Under the pieces are notes generated by a model, which saw nothing but the letters and a program-made list of their open reading frames with translations, was not told where the DNA came from and did no database searches. From the IMG/VR virus record IMGVR_UViG_3300021387_000175, positions 32,001 through 96,000 of that record: a stretch of 64,000 bases of DNA; one strand, written 5' to 3'. Shown one piece after another: positions 1 through 13,900 of the stretch. Both the position numbers and the translations under genes were made by a program. The first letter of the stretch is position 1; each line of letters begins with the position of its first letter. Origin of the DNA: a virus (lineage: Duplodnaviria; Caudoviricetes).

Positions 1-1771
1 CTACTTCAGTATAAAGAATATGATCTCTTTCATCTATGGTATTTTTATAGCCAATGGTAGCTATAATAAACTTGCCTGTCCAAATACCATAACCGTTCTC
101 ATCCTCTGCAGGTATCCAAGTATTATCTGATTCTTCATCAATACTAATATCATACACACCAGTATTACATAAACACTTTGCCAATTGAATGATGGCGCTG
201 TTTACTACTGATATGGATGATGTGGTAGGATCCGTAACTGCAATCTCACCAAAATTCTTTGGATCTGTTAATATAGCAGCTGTGTCTTCCAACGAATCAT
301 TATTAGTCACTACATCAGGAACCATGGAGTCCAGTACGAACTCCTCTATATCCAATGTGTTATAATAGATTTCTGCCAGAGTCTGGTAACCTACACATGT
401 CTCATCTAGCTTCTGCCAAGCACCAATAGTGTCTTCTTCGAAGTGTCCTGAGATGAAATCTATAAAATCATTGTACTGTGATCTGTAATAGGAGAGAGGT
501 TTCTTGTTATTATTGATAATCTCTTCATAATGAGTAGGAGTAGCTGTTCTGACGTATACTTCGAAATTATGATTCAGATTATAGATGCCCTTGTCCTCTT
601 CAAGATCACCTTTATAATATTTCTGGTATTCAGTATTATAATCGTTTAATCTTTCCACCAAGTCTTCGGGCATTTCCATCAACTGTTCATCGGAATATTG
701 ATAAATATAAGCACTGCCATTCGGATTCTGGTTGATGATGGCAGCGGTCATCAGATCGTCTCCACCTTCCATTCGAAAACAGTTTTTCAATTCATCCTTA
801 TTAGTGGATACCGTAGCAGAGGATAGAAGATTATCATGAGAGACCAGTATTTTAGTATCCTTGCCATAACCATTTGTTACATGAGTACTTCCACAATAAG
901 GACATTTATCCCTGAAATCTCCACGGTATCTGGTAAGAATATTCCGTCTTTTTTTCATATCCAGACGATAATCACATTCATCATTCTGACAGACACTGTA
1001 TAAATCATAAGCAGATACTGTTCGATCTACAGAGTCAAACTTGAACCAGACATGATATTGTTCTGCTACATCCCCTGTAAGGACGGAATATATATCTTCA
1101 TCATCAATAGCAAACTGATACCAGTCCGTTAAGTTGTATAATGTCTCATCTACATGTTTTATCTTGTAATTTTCTGCTTTATCTAATAATCTGTGAAGTA
1201 AGGAGACATGCTTCATACGTTTATAATCAGTTAACAAAAAGTTATACTGTGACAGATAACCCGCATAAGCACCTGTATCAATATCATCACGAGCCATTTC
1301 CGCTTTTAATGCTTCCATTTGTCTTTCATACTCAGACAGATCTCTGCAAAACACAGTATGGTATTCTGCATCCCATTCTGGATCATATTCCATTTCGAAG
1401 TCAGTGTTGATCTCCAGATCATACAATTTAGTATTGGCTAGTTCTGTTTCAGCCAGACCAGTGGCAGTAATACTTTTATATGTTCCGTCTTGTCCCTCGT
1501 CATAATTGACTTCTATTTCAAAATATTCACCACGGTCACCTAATTCAGGAACAAACAAAACATTAAAGTTGTTAATACGGTCCCAATAGGTATTGTATGC
1601 TCCATCTTTATATCTATGTACCGTGAAGGATATTTCATCTGGTTCATTAAAACTGTGTTTATATTTAACATCAGAAGCATGTATAGCACCAATTATGGTA
1701 TAGTCTTTTCTGGCTAGAAAAAATGATAAAGGCTTTACATACTGGTTATCTATAAATGAAAGATTCGCCAT
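1..1771 (-). CDS. Tail tip/baseplate hub (Tal-like) protein, 3' end outside the window
   Basis: Missing from the ORF track, consistent with no stop codon inside the window. ATG at 1771 with SD GGAGG; hand translation MANLSFIDNQYVKPLSFFLARK...SFNEPDEISFTVHRY...EYFEIEV is open for at least 200 codons; lies right after the TMP gene. Confidence 0.7.
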   Translation of the reverse strand, partial: MANLSFIDNQYVKPLSFFLARKDYTIIGAIHASDVKYKHSFNEPDEISFTVHRYKDGAYNTYWDRINNFNVLFVPELGDRGEYFEIEVNYDEGQDGTYKSITATGLAETELANTKLYDLEINTDFEMEYDPEWDAEYHTVFCRDLSEYERQMEALKAEMARDDIDTGAYAGYLSQYNFLLTDYKRMKHVSLLHRLLDKAENYKIKHVDETLYNLTDWYQFAIDDEDIYSVLTGDVAEQYHVWFKFDSVDRTVSAYDLYSVCQNDECDYRLDMKKRRNILTRYRGDFRDKCPYCGSTHVTNGYGKDTKILVSHDNLLSSATVSTNKDELKNCFRMEGGDDLMTAAIINQNPNGSAYIYQYSDEQLMEMPEDLVERLNDYNTEYQKYYKGDLEEDKGIYNLNHNFEVYVRTATPTHYEEIINNNKKPLSYYRSQYNDFIDFISGHFEEDTIGAWQKLDETCVGYQTLAEIYYNTLDIEEFVLDSMVPDVVTNNDSLEDTAAILTDPKNFGEIAVTDPTTSSISVVNSAIIQLAKCLCNTGVYDISIDEESDNTWIPAEDENGYGIWTGKFIIATIGYKNTIDERDHILYTEV

Positions 1772-1812
1772 TATCTCCCTCCTTTCTATATGTTATTAAG
1801 TGTATAAAAAAA

Positions 1813-1870
1813 TACACCCTATAAGGTATAAATATGAGATATAATTCATATTCATACCTTATAAGGCGTA
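1813..1870 (-). terminator. Long (about 26 bp) hairpin followed by a U-run
   Basis: Minus strand tacgccttataaggtatgaatatgaa-ttatat-ctcatatttataccttatagggtgta-TTTTTTT; most mismatches become G-U pairs on this strand. Confidence 0.7.
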
Positions 1871-1875
1871 AAATA

Positions 1876-1910
1876 AAATTCAGCCCATGATATTCTCATG
1901 GGCTGAATTT
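1876..1910 (-). terminator. Rho-independent terminator-like hairpin after the TMP gene
   Basis: Perfect inverted repeat aaattcagcccatga/tcatgggctgaattt about 12 nt past the TMP stop codon. Confidence 0.75.
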
Positions 1911-1922
1911 GTCAATGAAAAA

Positions 1923-4900
1923 TCACGCATACTTATACTTACTCATGGAATTCTTACCTAATACCGCACCCAATGTCATATCCTGTACTGCGTTCTGGAA
2001 GTTACGATCAGCTACAAGAGCGGACTTGAACTCATCATAATTCTTCACATTAGGAAGTGTGATACTTAACTGAATGGTAGTATTCGGTGAGAGAGTAGTA
2101 TTAGTGGTATTATTGATGACAGGCTGAGATCCGAAAGACTTAGCAAACATATCGGGAATATTCATTTTCGCTAATTTCCAGAGATTATCTGTCATTTCAG
2201 CATTGAATACCGCATCACCTCTACCAAGAGGAGTGAGGATAGCACCATCAGACTTACGGATAATAGTCTCAAGACCTTTTTCCTGAGTCCAGGCATTCAG
2301 ATCAGTAGGAACTGATTTAATACCTGTGACATAATGCCATCTTGCATGATAAGCATCGGAATCTTCTTTCGCTTTATGATAGGCGTCTTGTGCTTCATCA
2401 AATCTGGTTTTAGCATTTGCAAACTGTACTTCCAACCTGTTTAATTGACGCTCTAACTCTTGTATTTCTCTTTCTTTGTTTTCGTAGTTCTGTTTCGCTT
2501 TTAATGCTTCTTCAGATAATTGTCCTACCCTTGATTGACCTTTATATTTAGTAAATTTACTACGTTCCTCTTGCCGTTCTTTGTTTAACTGAGAAATATT
2601 ACGTTTAGTCTCAGCGATTTGTTCATTTAAAGTATTAAAATTGGAATATGCCTCATCTACTGTTTTCTTTGCCTGTTTAGTTTTACTATCCTTATCAATG
2701 GTATTCATCTTTTTAGACAAATTCTTCACCGTTGTAACGGTAGTATCATCTAAGGCGTCTTTTTCTTCTTGAGACATTCCTTTATACTCTTTAATAATGG
2801 ATCTAACAGCATCGTAATCCTTTGCCTTTAACTCTTTTTCTTTGCCAACATATCCAGAGACTTTTTCTCTAAAAGCTGCTTTTGCCTGTTCTTCAGGCTG
2901 ACGGGCTGCATCATCTATTACAGATTTTACGGCAGCTTCAATACGATTTTGTAAAGAACCGTTTTCTTTTAAAGAGCCAACAAGATTATCAGTGATATTT
3001 TTATCTACTTGTTTCAAAGTGTTAACAGTATCTGTTGTGTTACTACTTACACCAAGTGCATCAATTTTATCAGCAAGTAAATCTTGCATCTTTAAAAGAA
3101 CTCTATCACGATCTTTCAGATATCTATCAATCCATTCTTGGAAGTTAGCAGACAAATCATCCAACATCTTTTGGGCATCAGATAAGTACTTACTATATTC
3201 CGCATCCCGGAGATCCTGTCTGGCATCTTTAATATCTTTCTGCAGTTTCTGAATCTTAGATACAGATTCCTCAGAGGTATTATTCTGCCAAGCAGCTAAC
3301 TGTTTCTCCAGATTGGTAATATTATTAGCCTTTTCAGTAATTTGTTTCTGATAATCATAGGCTTCTTTCTCGGCATTCTTTAACTCTTTATACTTACTGA
3401 TTGTTTTATTCAGAGCAGTAAGCTGTGCTTCATAACCTTGACGAGCCAAATCAATGACTGCCTGCTTAGATGCTTCAGCAGCTTCCATAGATCCCCAATA
3501 AGCATCCTGTAATTCATTCATACGATCAATTACTTCTTTATCTGTAGGATCTAATTCATTATCATTGATCTTTTTGACCAAAAGATTATACTCATGTAAA
3601 TACTGCTGTGCTTCCGCAAGATTTGCTTTATAATCCGTATTCTTCAGATCCAAAGCAGCCATACCATATTTAGTAATATTACCTTGATTATCTGTATCAA
3701 AGAACTGTTCGTTGGAAATCAGATTATAATAATGATCAATCTCAGAGTTCAAACGCTTCGCACGTTCAATACCATCATCAAATTTCTGCCAGTTAAGCTT
3801 CTCCATAGCCATAGCTTGCTCATGAATATCCAGATTCAATTCTTCAATAGAATCTTCCAATTCAGCTATGATTTGTTTCGCTTCAAACCATTCATCAGAA
3901 CCTACAGTTAAGTCCTTAAGAAGTTTTTGCTGTTTTGCTAATTCTGCATTATATTCAGCAAGCATAGAAACATCTTGACGAATAATGTTCTTATAATCAT
4001 TACGTTGAGCATAATGACCATAAGCCTCTGCTGCATCAATACGTTGTTGCGCTTTTGTTTTACGGCGGTCATACTTATAACGATCTTTTTCACCTTGATT
4101 CTGAACATTCTTCATCTTTTGAAGTCTGCGTTGTTCATTCTCTTTTCTAATGGTTTCTTTATTAATTTCCGCTTGTGCTTTTGCTTCACGTCCCTGTTCA
4201 ATTGCTTCATTATAACTCAAGCAAGCCTCTAAGAAGGATGCCTGAATATAACCCGCATTTACCAGTTCTGCAATTTCACCAATAGTGTCACCATCAATAG
4301 CCACTTTTGCCTTAATATTCTTTTGGACTTTAGCTAAGGCTTTTTCTACACGAGATTTGACTTTCTTATTTTCATTTGCATCATATTTCTCTGTAGTTGC
4401 ATTACCTTTCTTTAACGTGGTTTTTATTTTTGTGGCGTTCTCTTTCCTAAGCTTTGCAAATTTTTCAACTTTCGCCCGATCATTCTTTTTCTGTGCTTCC
4501 GCAATTTTAATTTGCTCATCAATTAATTTGTTTTGACCATCAGCTGTTGTTTTATTTTCAATTTGTTTATCACGAAGATTGATTTTATTTTGTAATCGCT
4601 CATTTTTGTTATCATACATTTGAGCGTAATTCTGATAGATCTGTTGAATGTTTTCAGCAACCGCCAACATTTCTTCCATTTTTGCATCTTCGAAATTTTG
4701 CAACGTCTGATTATAAACAACCAATTGAGCTGCCAATTGAGGATTCTTTTTCTCAATATAGCTAATATCTTTTTCTTTGACGGGTTTATTGTGATCCATC
4801 GCAGTTTTTATACGTTTTAATACTGTTTGATATTCTTTATGAGACTTTTTAACAGTTCCATTTTTAACCCGTTCTTTTTCTAGTTTAGCTTCTTCCTTTG

Positions 4901-7900
4901 CTAATAAAGGATCAAGTTCAATCGATACTTCTTTTGACGCTTCTTCAAAATCTTGAAGATTCTCTTGAGTGGCTTTTCTATGAATTCTAATTTGCTTTCT
5001 TCTTTGACGATTTTCATAACGAAGTCTGCCGTTAGAGTATTGATAAGCATTATCAGTTCTTGCTTCAAAGTTGCTTTGAGCAATTTGAATGAAGTTATCA
5101 GATAAACTAACTCCCGCATCACGTTGTGCATCATGAACTTCTTTTAATGATTTGGCATATTCACGAGCCTGGGCCTGAAGTTCTTGAAGGGCATTCTTAG
5201 CTTCAATAGCCTTATCAATCCATTCTTGAGTACCTTCAATTACTTTACGGGTATCTTCATCATAGCTATTGATATCAATTTCACCATTAAGAATTTTATC
5301 CCATAATGCATCTTGATTTTCTTTGGTTTTTTTAGGTATGCCCTTTTGGTTCATTCCCTTTTTGAAAACTTCTTCAGCTTGGGCATAGTATTTATCATAT
5401 GCTGCATCTTCATTGCCTATTTGCTCATATATTTTTTCTAAAGCATCTTTGTACTTTTTCTCTGATAAACCATATGCCATACGGTCAAGGAATTCTTCAG
5501 CGAGAGAGGAGAGTTGATCAATCTTAGTTTGAACACGCTCTATGCGGATTTCAATCCAATCAAAAAGTTTATCGAGGTATTTATCAAAGGCATCGGTCTT
5601 ATCTTTCTTTTTGGTGGTGGTTGAACGTTTTCCATCGCCGTTACCGCCACTGCCTTTACGCCTTCCACCGTTGCCATTACCGTCACCATCTTTACTATCT
5701 TTTTTAGGCTTCCGTTTAGTATTTACAGGTTCAATATTAACATCACCATTAATAATAATAGTACCATTATTACCCAATGTCTTATTTAAAGAATCTAAAC
5801 CAGTAGAACCACCTGCATAAGCTACTCCACGAGAATTTATAGAACCATATTTAAACAGTTCTTCTGTTTGTTTATGGTTGAAAATAATATCGCCTTTTTT
5901 AACGTCTCTGAATTCAGCACCAGATTCGCCCAGTAAATCCCATTTAGTACCACGTACACGGAGTTCTGGGCCGAGTTCACCTACAAGAGAGGGTTCTGTT
6001 TTCTTAGCACCTATTGTACCTGATGCAAATGCGTTACCTTTAAATAATGAAAAATGAGCATTGCCTTTATATGAACCTGGTCCATCACCATTACCATTAC
6101 TATTTTCACGGTTAATTTTAATTTTAATATTAACAGTACGATTCATTTTATTTAATTCGCTGTTAATATTAGATAAAACTGTTTTGGTTGAATTTGCTTC
6201 ACTATGCAAAGATCCTAACACTTTGCTACCACTAACAGAAACACCATTAATACTATTAATAGTATTTTTAGCAGTACGTGCCTCAGAAGAAATATTCTTT
6301 TCTTTAGAAGCTACCCCTTCAAGATTTCCACTTATAGAACTCAGACTAACATCATTAATTTTTCCAACGTCATTAACACTTGTATTGGCTTCTTCAGAAA
6401 TATGTGTTATACCTTCATCAAAATTAGTAGTATCTAAGGTGGCTTTATATTCAATAACTGTTTCTGTAGTTGTAGTTTCTTGTTTTGGTGCTTCTCCACC
6501 ATCACCATTCGGACCTTTTTGCTCCCGCTTATGAAGCTTTTTAGTATTGGTATTAACTTGTTGCCCACTTTGGTTTAATGCGGTTGAGGTTGTCAATCGC
6601 CCCATTGTTTGTTCTATCGTTGTTAAATTAGTGAGAAGTTGGTCAGAACCTAATGTACCTATTGTATAAGAATTAATAGTTGTAATTGCTTCACCCAAAT
6701 TTTGTGCTGCAGAAGCAGATTCTTCACTTATAGTCGTATTAAGATCTTTAATTGCTTGTTGAGCCTTTTTCGTATTTAATCTATCAGCTTCTTCTTGTAT
6801 TTGCTCAAAGGTTGTTTTTCCGCTTTCCCCTAATGATTTTATTGCTGTAGAAGAAGTAGTAAGATCTATATTATTAAATAGCGCACTTAATTGACCATTT
6901 GAAAGCTGATTCATTTCTCGTAAATCGCCAACAATACCTTCAATTTGTTCTCGTGCCTTTTGTCCTGCAGTACGATCCCCAGTTGCTTCAGCAATTTTAT
7001 ATGCTTGCGCTGCAGCGCTAAGTTCATTAATTTTTGCAGCAAAATCTTTTTCTGCTCCCTCTTCCATACCAGAGATATCAATTACATATGTCTGGTTGGT
7101 CAAGGCAGCTAATTGTGCTTGTGTATTTTTAATTAATTCATTAAGCGCTTCTAAAGACGCCTGACCATTTTCGGTATCAATAAAATCGCCATTTTCGTCA
7201 TATAACGCTTTTTTTGCTTCTTCTAACTTATTTAATGCAACGGTAGCATCAACAGCATTATCATACTCAAGATCAAAATCAATTTGATCATCCTTCTCAA
7301 GACCTTTATTTACAGTTTCTTTTAATTCCTCTAACTCTTCAGGAGTCTTAAAACTATCAACTGCAATTTTATATAATTCTATTTGACGGTTAGCATCGGC
7401 TATTGCGTTAGTGTATTGATTCCATAATTCAGAATTTTCTTCTATCTCTCCACTATTAAGACGCTCATTCATTTCATCAATAGATTTACTAAGCTCATCT
7501 ATAGTAGTCGGCGCTCCATCTAAAGGATCAAGAAGATCATAAGTTACTCCTGCATCAAGCATTGATTTCACCAATTCACTCGATACAGAGAATCCTTCTT
7601 TTCCTAATACATTTTGCATATAATCTGATATCGCTGCAGCAATCATTCCTTCGTCTCCAACAGCAAAATTCAAATCACCATTTTCGTCAAAGAAACGCTC
7701 CATTCCTGCTTGATGTAATGCTTTTTCCGTCATGTCAAGAAAATCATTTACACCTTCGTTATCATTAGTCATGTATTTTTTAATAAAGTCCGCAATATTC
7801 TTTTTTTGCCCATAGACTTTATCACCATTCATAGACTGACCCGTGATCATTTCCATATATGCAAGGACTTCAGGATCTGCCCAACGTTCATTGTCTAATT

Positions 7901-10900
7901 TACCCTTGATAGTATCCCATCCTCCACGGATGGTATCATACATAGTCGCATCAGATCCCATCTCTTGAGACTGTAACCATTTCTGATAAAGGCTATCAGA
8001 TACTTCGATCTGAGCATTCATTTTTGCCCAAGATGTTAATCTGGTCTGAATTTGACTTTGCTCTTGTGATAAAACACTAAGACGAGTTTTTTCGGCATCT
8101 GTTAATGCTTCACTCTTACTTGTGAGGCTTTCAATTTCTTCTTTATTCTTTTTATATTTAGTGGTTAATTTATCATATTGATCATTTAACTTCTTACTAA
8201 TATCATGTTTTTGAGTATTAATCATTTCCTGCGCAGCTTTTGCATTTAATTGCATGCCATTCGCACCTATAGAAATTGCATCTGCAAAACCTTGATATGT
8301 TTCAGTTAAAGATTCAAAAGTTTTTTGTGATAAAAAGCCATTCTTGCTTTGTTCTGCCATAGCAGAAGAAAGTGCTGTTGAAGATTCGGCCAATGTATTG
8401 ATTGCAGTATTCGTACTATCAGCGAATTCATTCCATTTATCAGCAGCTCTACCTGTAGTTGTTGCTGATACTAATTCAAATTGCTGCATTAAATTAATTG
8501 CGTCTTGAATAAAAGTAGGAGATTGGAAATCTACTAATCCTGCTCGACCAAATACTCTGGCAACATTCATTGCGGATTGTTGGATAGAAGAGTACTGATC
8601 TTCAGGAATTGTCCAATCAATTTCACTTAATTCTTCAGCACTAATTTCTTTAAGATCCTTTAATGCATCTGTATAATTATCTTTTAATTTTTCTTTTACT
8701 TTATCATTGATAAATTTATCTGGATCAAAAGTCATAATTTCATCGGCCTTTAAAGAGCCAATAATTTTTGACCATGAAGTACCTGCAATATAATGTGCAA
8801 TTCGATCATTTTCTGAGCCAGATAACATGCTCATCAATGAAGACTTTCTATTTTTAAATACCTGTTGAGTACTATCAATACCAAAAGCATCAATTAATTC
8901 CTGACGTTTATCTTTTCCAATATGAAGCGCATTCATAGCTGCATCAAGGCGCTGTTTCATAATATCTGCATAATCATTAACATCTATCTTGGATAAATCA
9001 GGAGAGATAAAATCTTTAAGTACTTGAGAAGCCTCGCCTGTAGCATCTGATCGAATAGTATCAACAAATTTTAAATAATCTTCAGCACTAATTAATGCTT
9101 CTTTTGAAAATTGCTGTAAATATGCAACTCCATCTTGTGTTACTTGACTATCCAAGCTAAGATCGGGCGTAATTTCAGCATATGATTGTTTTAAATAATC
9201 AACAGCATTTTGATAACTCTCTTGTGCCGATGTTATTTCAGCGTAGTATTGCTTAATTTGATTTTCTAAATCTGTAATAACTTTTGACTTCGATTCATTC
9301 CGATATTTTGCTTCACCCGTAAAGCTATCGTAATCATAAGCTACCTTTACAGTATCGCCCTCTTGTTCTTGAATTTCTTTAATTTGTTGCTTTAATTTAT
9401 CTATTTTTCCTTGATTTTCTGCGGTTTTATCGTCAACCGCTTGCTTTAAAGCAGGTATTCCTGCATTAGAAGAAGGATTCACTAAAGAATCAATATTAAA
9501 AGAAGTTGCGTCAATTATAGCCCCTTCTTTTGCTTGGGCGAGTTCCCTATATTTATTAATCTGATCTTGAATAATTTCAGTATTTGCGAGAATAGCATTA
9601 CCTTCACTATCCCAACCAGTAACTAATTCAGGGAATTGTTCTGCAATTTGTTGACGAATAGCATAATATTCTTCAGATCCTGCTTCAGCTTCTCTATACT
9701 GATCCAAAAGATGCTGAAGAGAATTGGCGCTATTATTATATTCATCATATTCTTGTTTGAGTGCGTCTGCTTTCTCTTTACTGGAATCAATAAGTTTTTG
9801 ATTACGCTTGGCTACAGCATCAAGGCTCATTGAATAATTATCATAAGCAAATTTTGCTGCAGCAGCAACTGCAGCAATCGCAGCAATGACTAACGCAGCT
9901 TTACCAAGAGTGGTTAAATGTATTCCCGCTTTTTGAGCTGCTTCTCCAACTCCATTTATCGCATCGGAAGCATCTGTAGCAGTACCCACCACTTCACTGG
10001 ATACACCTAAATACATTTCCCAAGCTTCACTTGTTCCTTCGGCTGCTTCTGTTACAGTGTTTACAGCTTCACTTGCTCCTTCTGCTGCGGGTGTCACCTC
10101 ATAAAAACTATGAATAACATTTGAAAGCAATTCAGTTATACCAATTTTATCTTTTCCCGCTTTCAAGATTGTACCATATATAGCAAAACCTGCTCCTGCT
10201 ACTGATGGAATTAAACCTATAGCATTAACAACTTCCATTACCGCTGACGCAAGATCAAGAAAAAAGTTAATGGTTTCACGATTTGCAGTCCCTGCCCAGG
10301 CTTGTTGCCATTGGTTCTGAAGAACTGCAAGATGGCCTGAGATAGAATCCATGTATTTCTCATTTTCTTCCATAGCAGAACCAAAAGAAGCTTGAGAAGA
10401 TTCATAAACGTCTCGTAAAACATCTTTGTTTTGTAATATCGATGCGACAATGTTCGCTCTATTTTTTCCCGCTAACGTTTCGAGCAAACCATTCGCACGG
10501 TTCGTGCCATATTGTTTATCTGTTGCAATTATTTCTTCATAGACATCTGCAATATCCTGAAGAATTTCATACGTACTTCTGAAATTACCGTTTTCATCAA
10601 GTATATCTACACCTTTAAAGCCATTACTGGCTACAGCAGTGTAATCTTTAATTATTTGTTGAGATTTCGCTGATGTTTGGACTACAAAGTCATCTACGTC
10701 TTCTCCAAGATCAGCAAGTTCGGCCTTGGCTTCCTCTGTGCCAACAATTCTCAAAGCAACCGTTCTCATTGCATTGCCGACCTTTTTAGGGTCTTGCACC
10801 ACTGCATTCCCGGCAGTAATTAAAGCGATTGCTTCATCAATGTCATTCGATTTATTATGAGTTTAAAACTCACTTTTTTATTATGCAATGCATAATAAAA

Positions 10901-13900
10901 ACTGCATCTTTCGATGCAGTCCAGACTATTTCTTCATCTTCAGCTTTACCTGTTAAGAGTACCCTTTTCGATTTAAGAGATTTTCACTCACATATTAAAT
11001 ATATGCCCTACGATTATTGATTTAAGTATTCAGGATTTCCACCTTTATTCTCTTGCTTAAATCCCGACATGGATCTAGTCGTTGAACGTTCACCCTCGAC
11101 TCAAGCACCGTATGTTCTACAGAATACGTTAGGGTGCTTCGCTGCATGAACAGCCAATCCTTACGTTTTAAAACCATCATAATATAGTTTCCTTATTATT
11201 GTGGTGTAAGGCTCTAAGGCATTACCTGCAATTAAGAATATTCATATAATACATTTCTGTATTATCAGGCAATTAGACATTTCTTTTTACCTGCTGTTTT
11301 CAATGAACTTGCAGACAACTGCAATGCCGTTGCCAGTCCATCAGTACTAATTGAAAAATTGTTACCTACATTATTAAGCTTATCAATGATATCAAGTTTG
11401 TCTAAATCATCATAAGCAGCGCTCATAGCTACTAAACTTTCAGTAGCCTCATCTATACTTCCAAACTCAGATACATTAAATAAAATAGCAGCATCTTTTG
11501 CAGATTCTTTTGCGTCATCAAGCGTCTCTCCAAGCCTCATCCAGTCGGCAGTACTTTGCTGAATAGTTAATCCAGTAGTACCTACGCTGTTTGCCATATC
11601 ATAGCTTTCTTTTTGGAAATCACGAAGACGGGAGAGTGGTTCATCAGATACTTTTGCCATTTCTGTCAGAGCATCATCTAACTGATGAATAATATCAAAA
11701 CCCTCACGAGCATAACGAATAAAATCTTGAAAACTTACATAGGATAAGAGATAAGCACCAAAATCACGGAATTTCTTGGTTAACTTTGTGGCAAAAGTAT
11801 CACCAGTTTTTCCTGCTTCACGCATCGTTGTTTCAAGTCTATTGACCTGGTCAATAGCATTGTTTAACGATTGTTGATTAACATTCTGTAAACCATCACT
11901 AATTTCTTTTAATTGATTTCGAATTTCTCCACCCATCGCAGGATTTTTTTCGATTAAAGTAGCAATCCGTTTTTTCAAGTTACTTACATTCTTATCTAAT
12001 ACTTGAATATTATCTGTATTACCCAACGCCTTTTGTAAGTCATTGACTTTTACTATTAACTCACCAATTTCTTTGATATCTGACTCGTTTGTAATATCCA
12101 AACCATTTTTTAATTTTGCTTGTAAGCTATCAATAGTCTTATTATATTCTTCTAATTGCTTTTTATAAGCAGTAGTATCAACTGCTCGTTCTTGATCAGC
12201 AAATTCTTGAAAACTATCTCTTTTTTTTACTGCTTTATCTAATGTACTCATAGCAGATTTAGTCAAATTTTGAGAAGCATCATCTAATGCTTTTTTGACC
12301 TTGGCATCCGATTTAGGATCGGTATCAGTACGATCTGCTAATAATTTTGTTCGTTCCTGAAGTTTATTAACGATTTGAGAATATGCTGTATCAAAAACTT
12401 CCTTTGTTCCTGAATCAAAAGCATCTTTACCTAAAGAACCAATATTTTTAATCAGCCCTTCTTCGGTAGTATACGAAGCGTCTAATGCTTGCTTTTTTTG
12501 TTTTTGTGATTCTCGTTCACTCTTTTTTCTTTTTCTTTCATTTTCACGTTCTTCTTTTTCAATTTCTTTATTTAATTCTTTTTCTTCTTTGGCTTGTTGT
12601 TTTTGTTCATCCGCTTTTTTCTTGGCTACATCTTTTTTGTGTTGAGCAAAATGTGCTTCACGATCATCTAATTTTTTAGCTTCCTCTAACTGTTTTAAAT
12701 TTTCTTCCTTTTTCTGCCGTATATTCTCATAAGACTGCCTTTCTTCATCCGTTAAAAGAGCAATCTTTTCATTTAATTGATTATCAATATCTACTAAACT
12801 CTGAGTACGCTGAGTAGCGGTAACATTATCTTTTGCGGGATTAGTAACATCCGTTTCTAATAATTTATAACGTTTATCCAACAATCCTTTAACTGTGTCA
12901 AATGCTTTAGCAACATTTTCCTCCATACCAGTTTCTACTGTCTTTTTTACAGTCTTGCTTTCAGGATCATATTTATAATTAGTGCGCCATTTTTTCTTTA
13001 TACCGTTTTCATCAGTTTCTTCATAATCAACAGAATATCTGGACATATTACCAAATTCATCTTGGGAATAATGCTGATTTCTTCTGTTATAATCATTAAA
13101 ATATTTTTCGTCCTCAGAAATTGCTTTTAATAAAGCTTTATGAGTTTCTTCACTTAGTCTTTCTTCTTCATCTAAATCGGCTTTCTTATCTTTTTCAGTT
13201 TTTGATTTCTTGGCATTTTTTTCTTCGTTTGTTTTTTCTTCTTTTTCTTGATCGGTTTGTTTCTGTAATTCCAAACTTTTTGCTATTGATGAAAAGTCAG
13301 TTTGATTTAATGTTTCAAAGCCCTTATTCAACTGCTTTACTAATTCAGAAATGTACTCTAATTCTTCCCTTAACTGTTCAATAAATTCTACTTCGTTCCA
13401 AATTACTCCTTCTACTGTTGTGTTTTCATCTTTAAAAGCTTGTGTTTTATTTTGTATTGCTGTGTTAACATGCTCTATTGCTTGACCTAATTTTTGAAGT
13501 TCGTTAGTTTCTTTGGTAAAATCTAAAGATTGACCAGTCGTTTCTGTAGTATTTCTGATTTGTGCAATTGCTTCGTTTAATGATGGGATTACTGTCTTGA
13601 TTTTTTCAACTGTATCAGTCAATGGCTTGATTTGATTCTGTAAATCTATATTTTTACTAATTGAAGAAAAATCAGTAGTGTTTAATATATTAAAAGATTG
13701 ACCTAATGTAACAGCTAATTCAGATACCGCTTTTAATTCTTCCCTTAGTTGCTCGATGAATACTACTTCATTATAAATTACTTGTTCTACTGTAGAGTTT
13801 TCTGCTTGAAAGGCTTTTGTTTTTTCATCAACTGCAGTTGTTACTTTTATAACTGCATCTAAAAGATTACCAACTTGGGTTGCTTCCCCTGAAAAGTCTA

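Noticed and set aside
10802-11289. TMP break read as a frameshift, pseudogene or two separate genes
   Set aside because: The intervening 441 nt has P1, P10, core elements and a terminal G, and removing it restores the conserved motif exactly.
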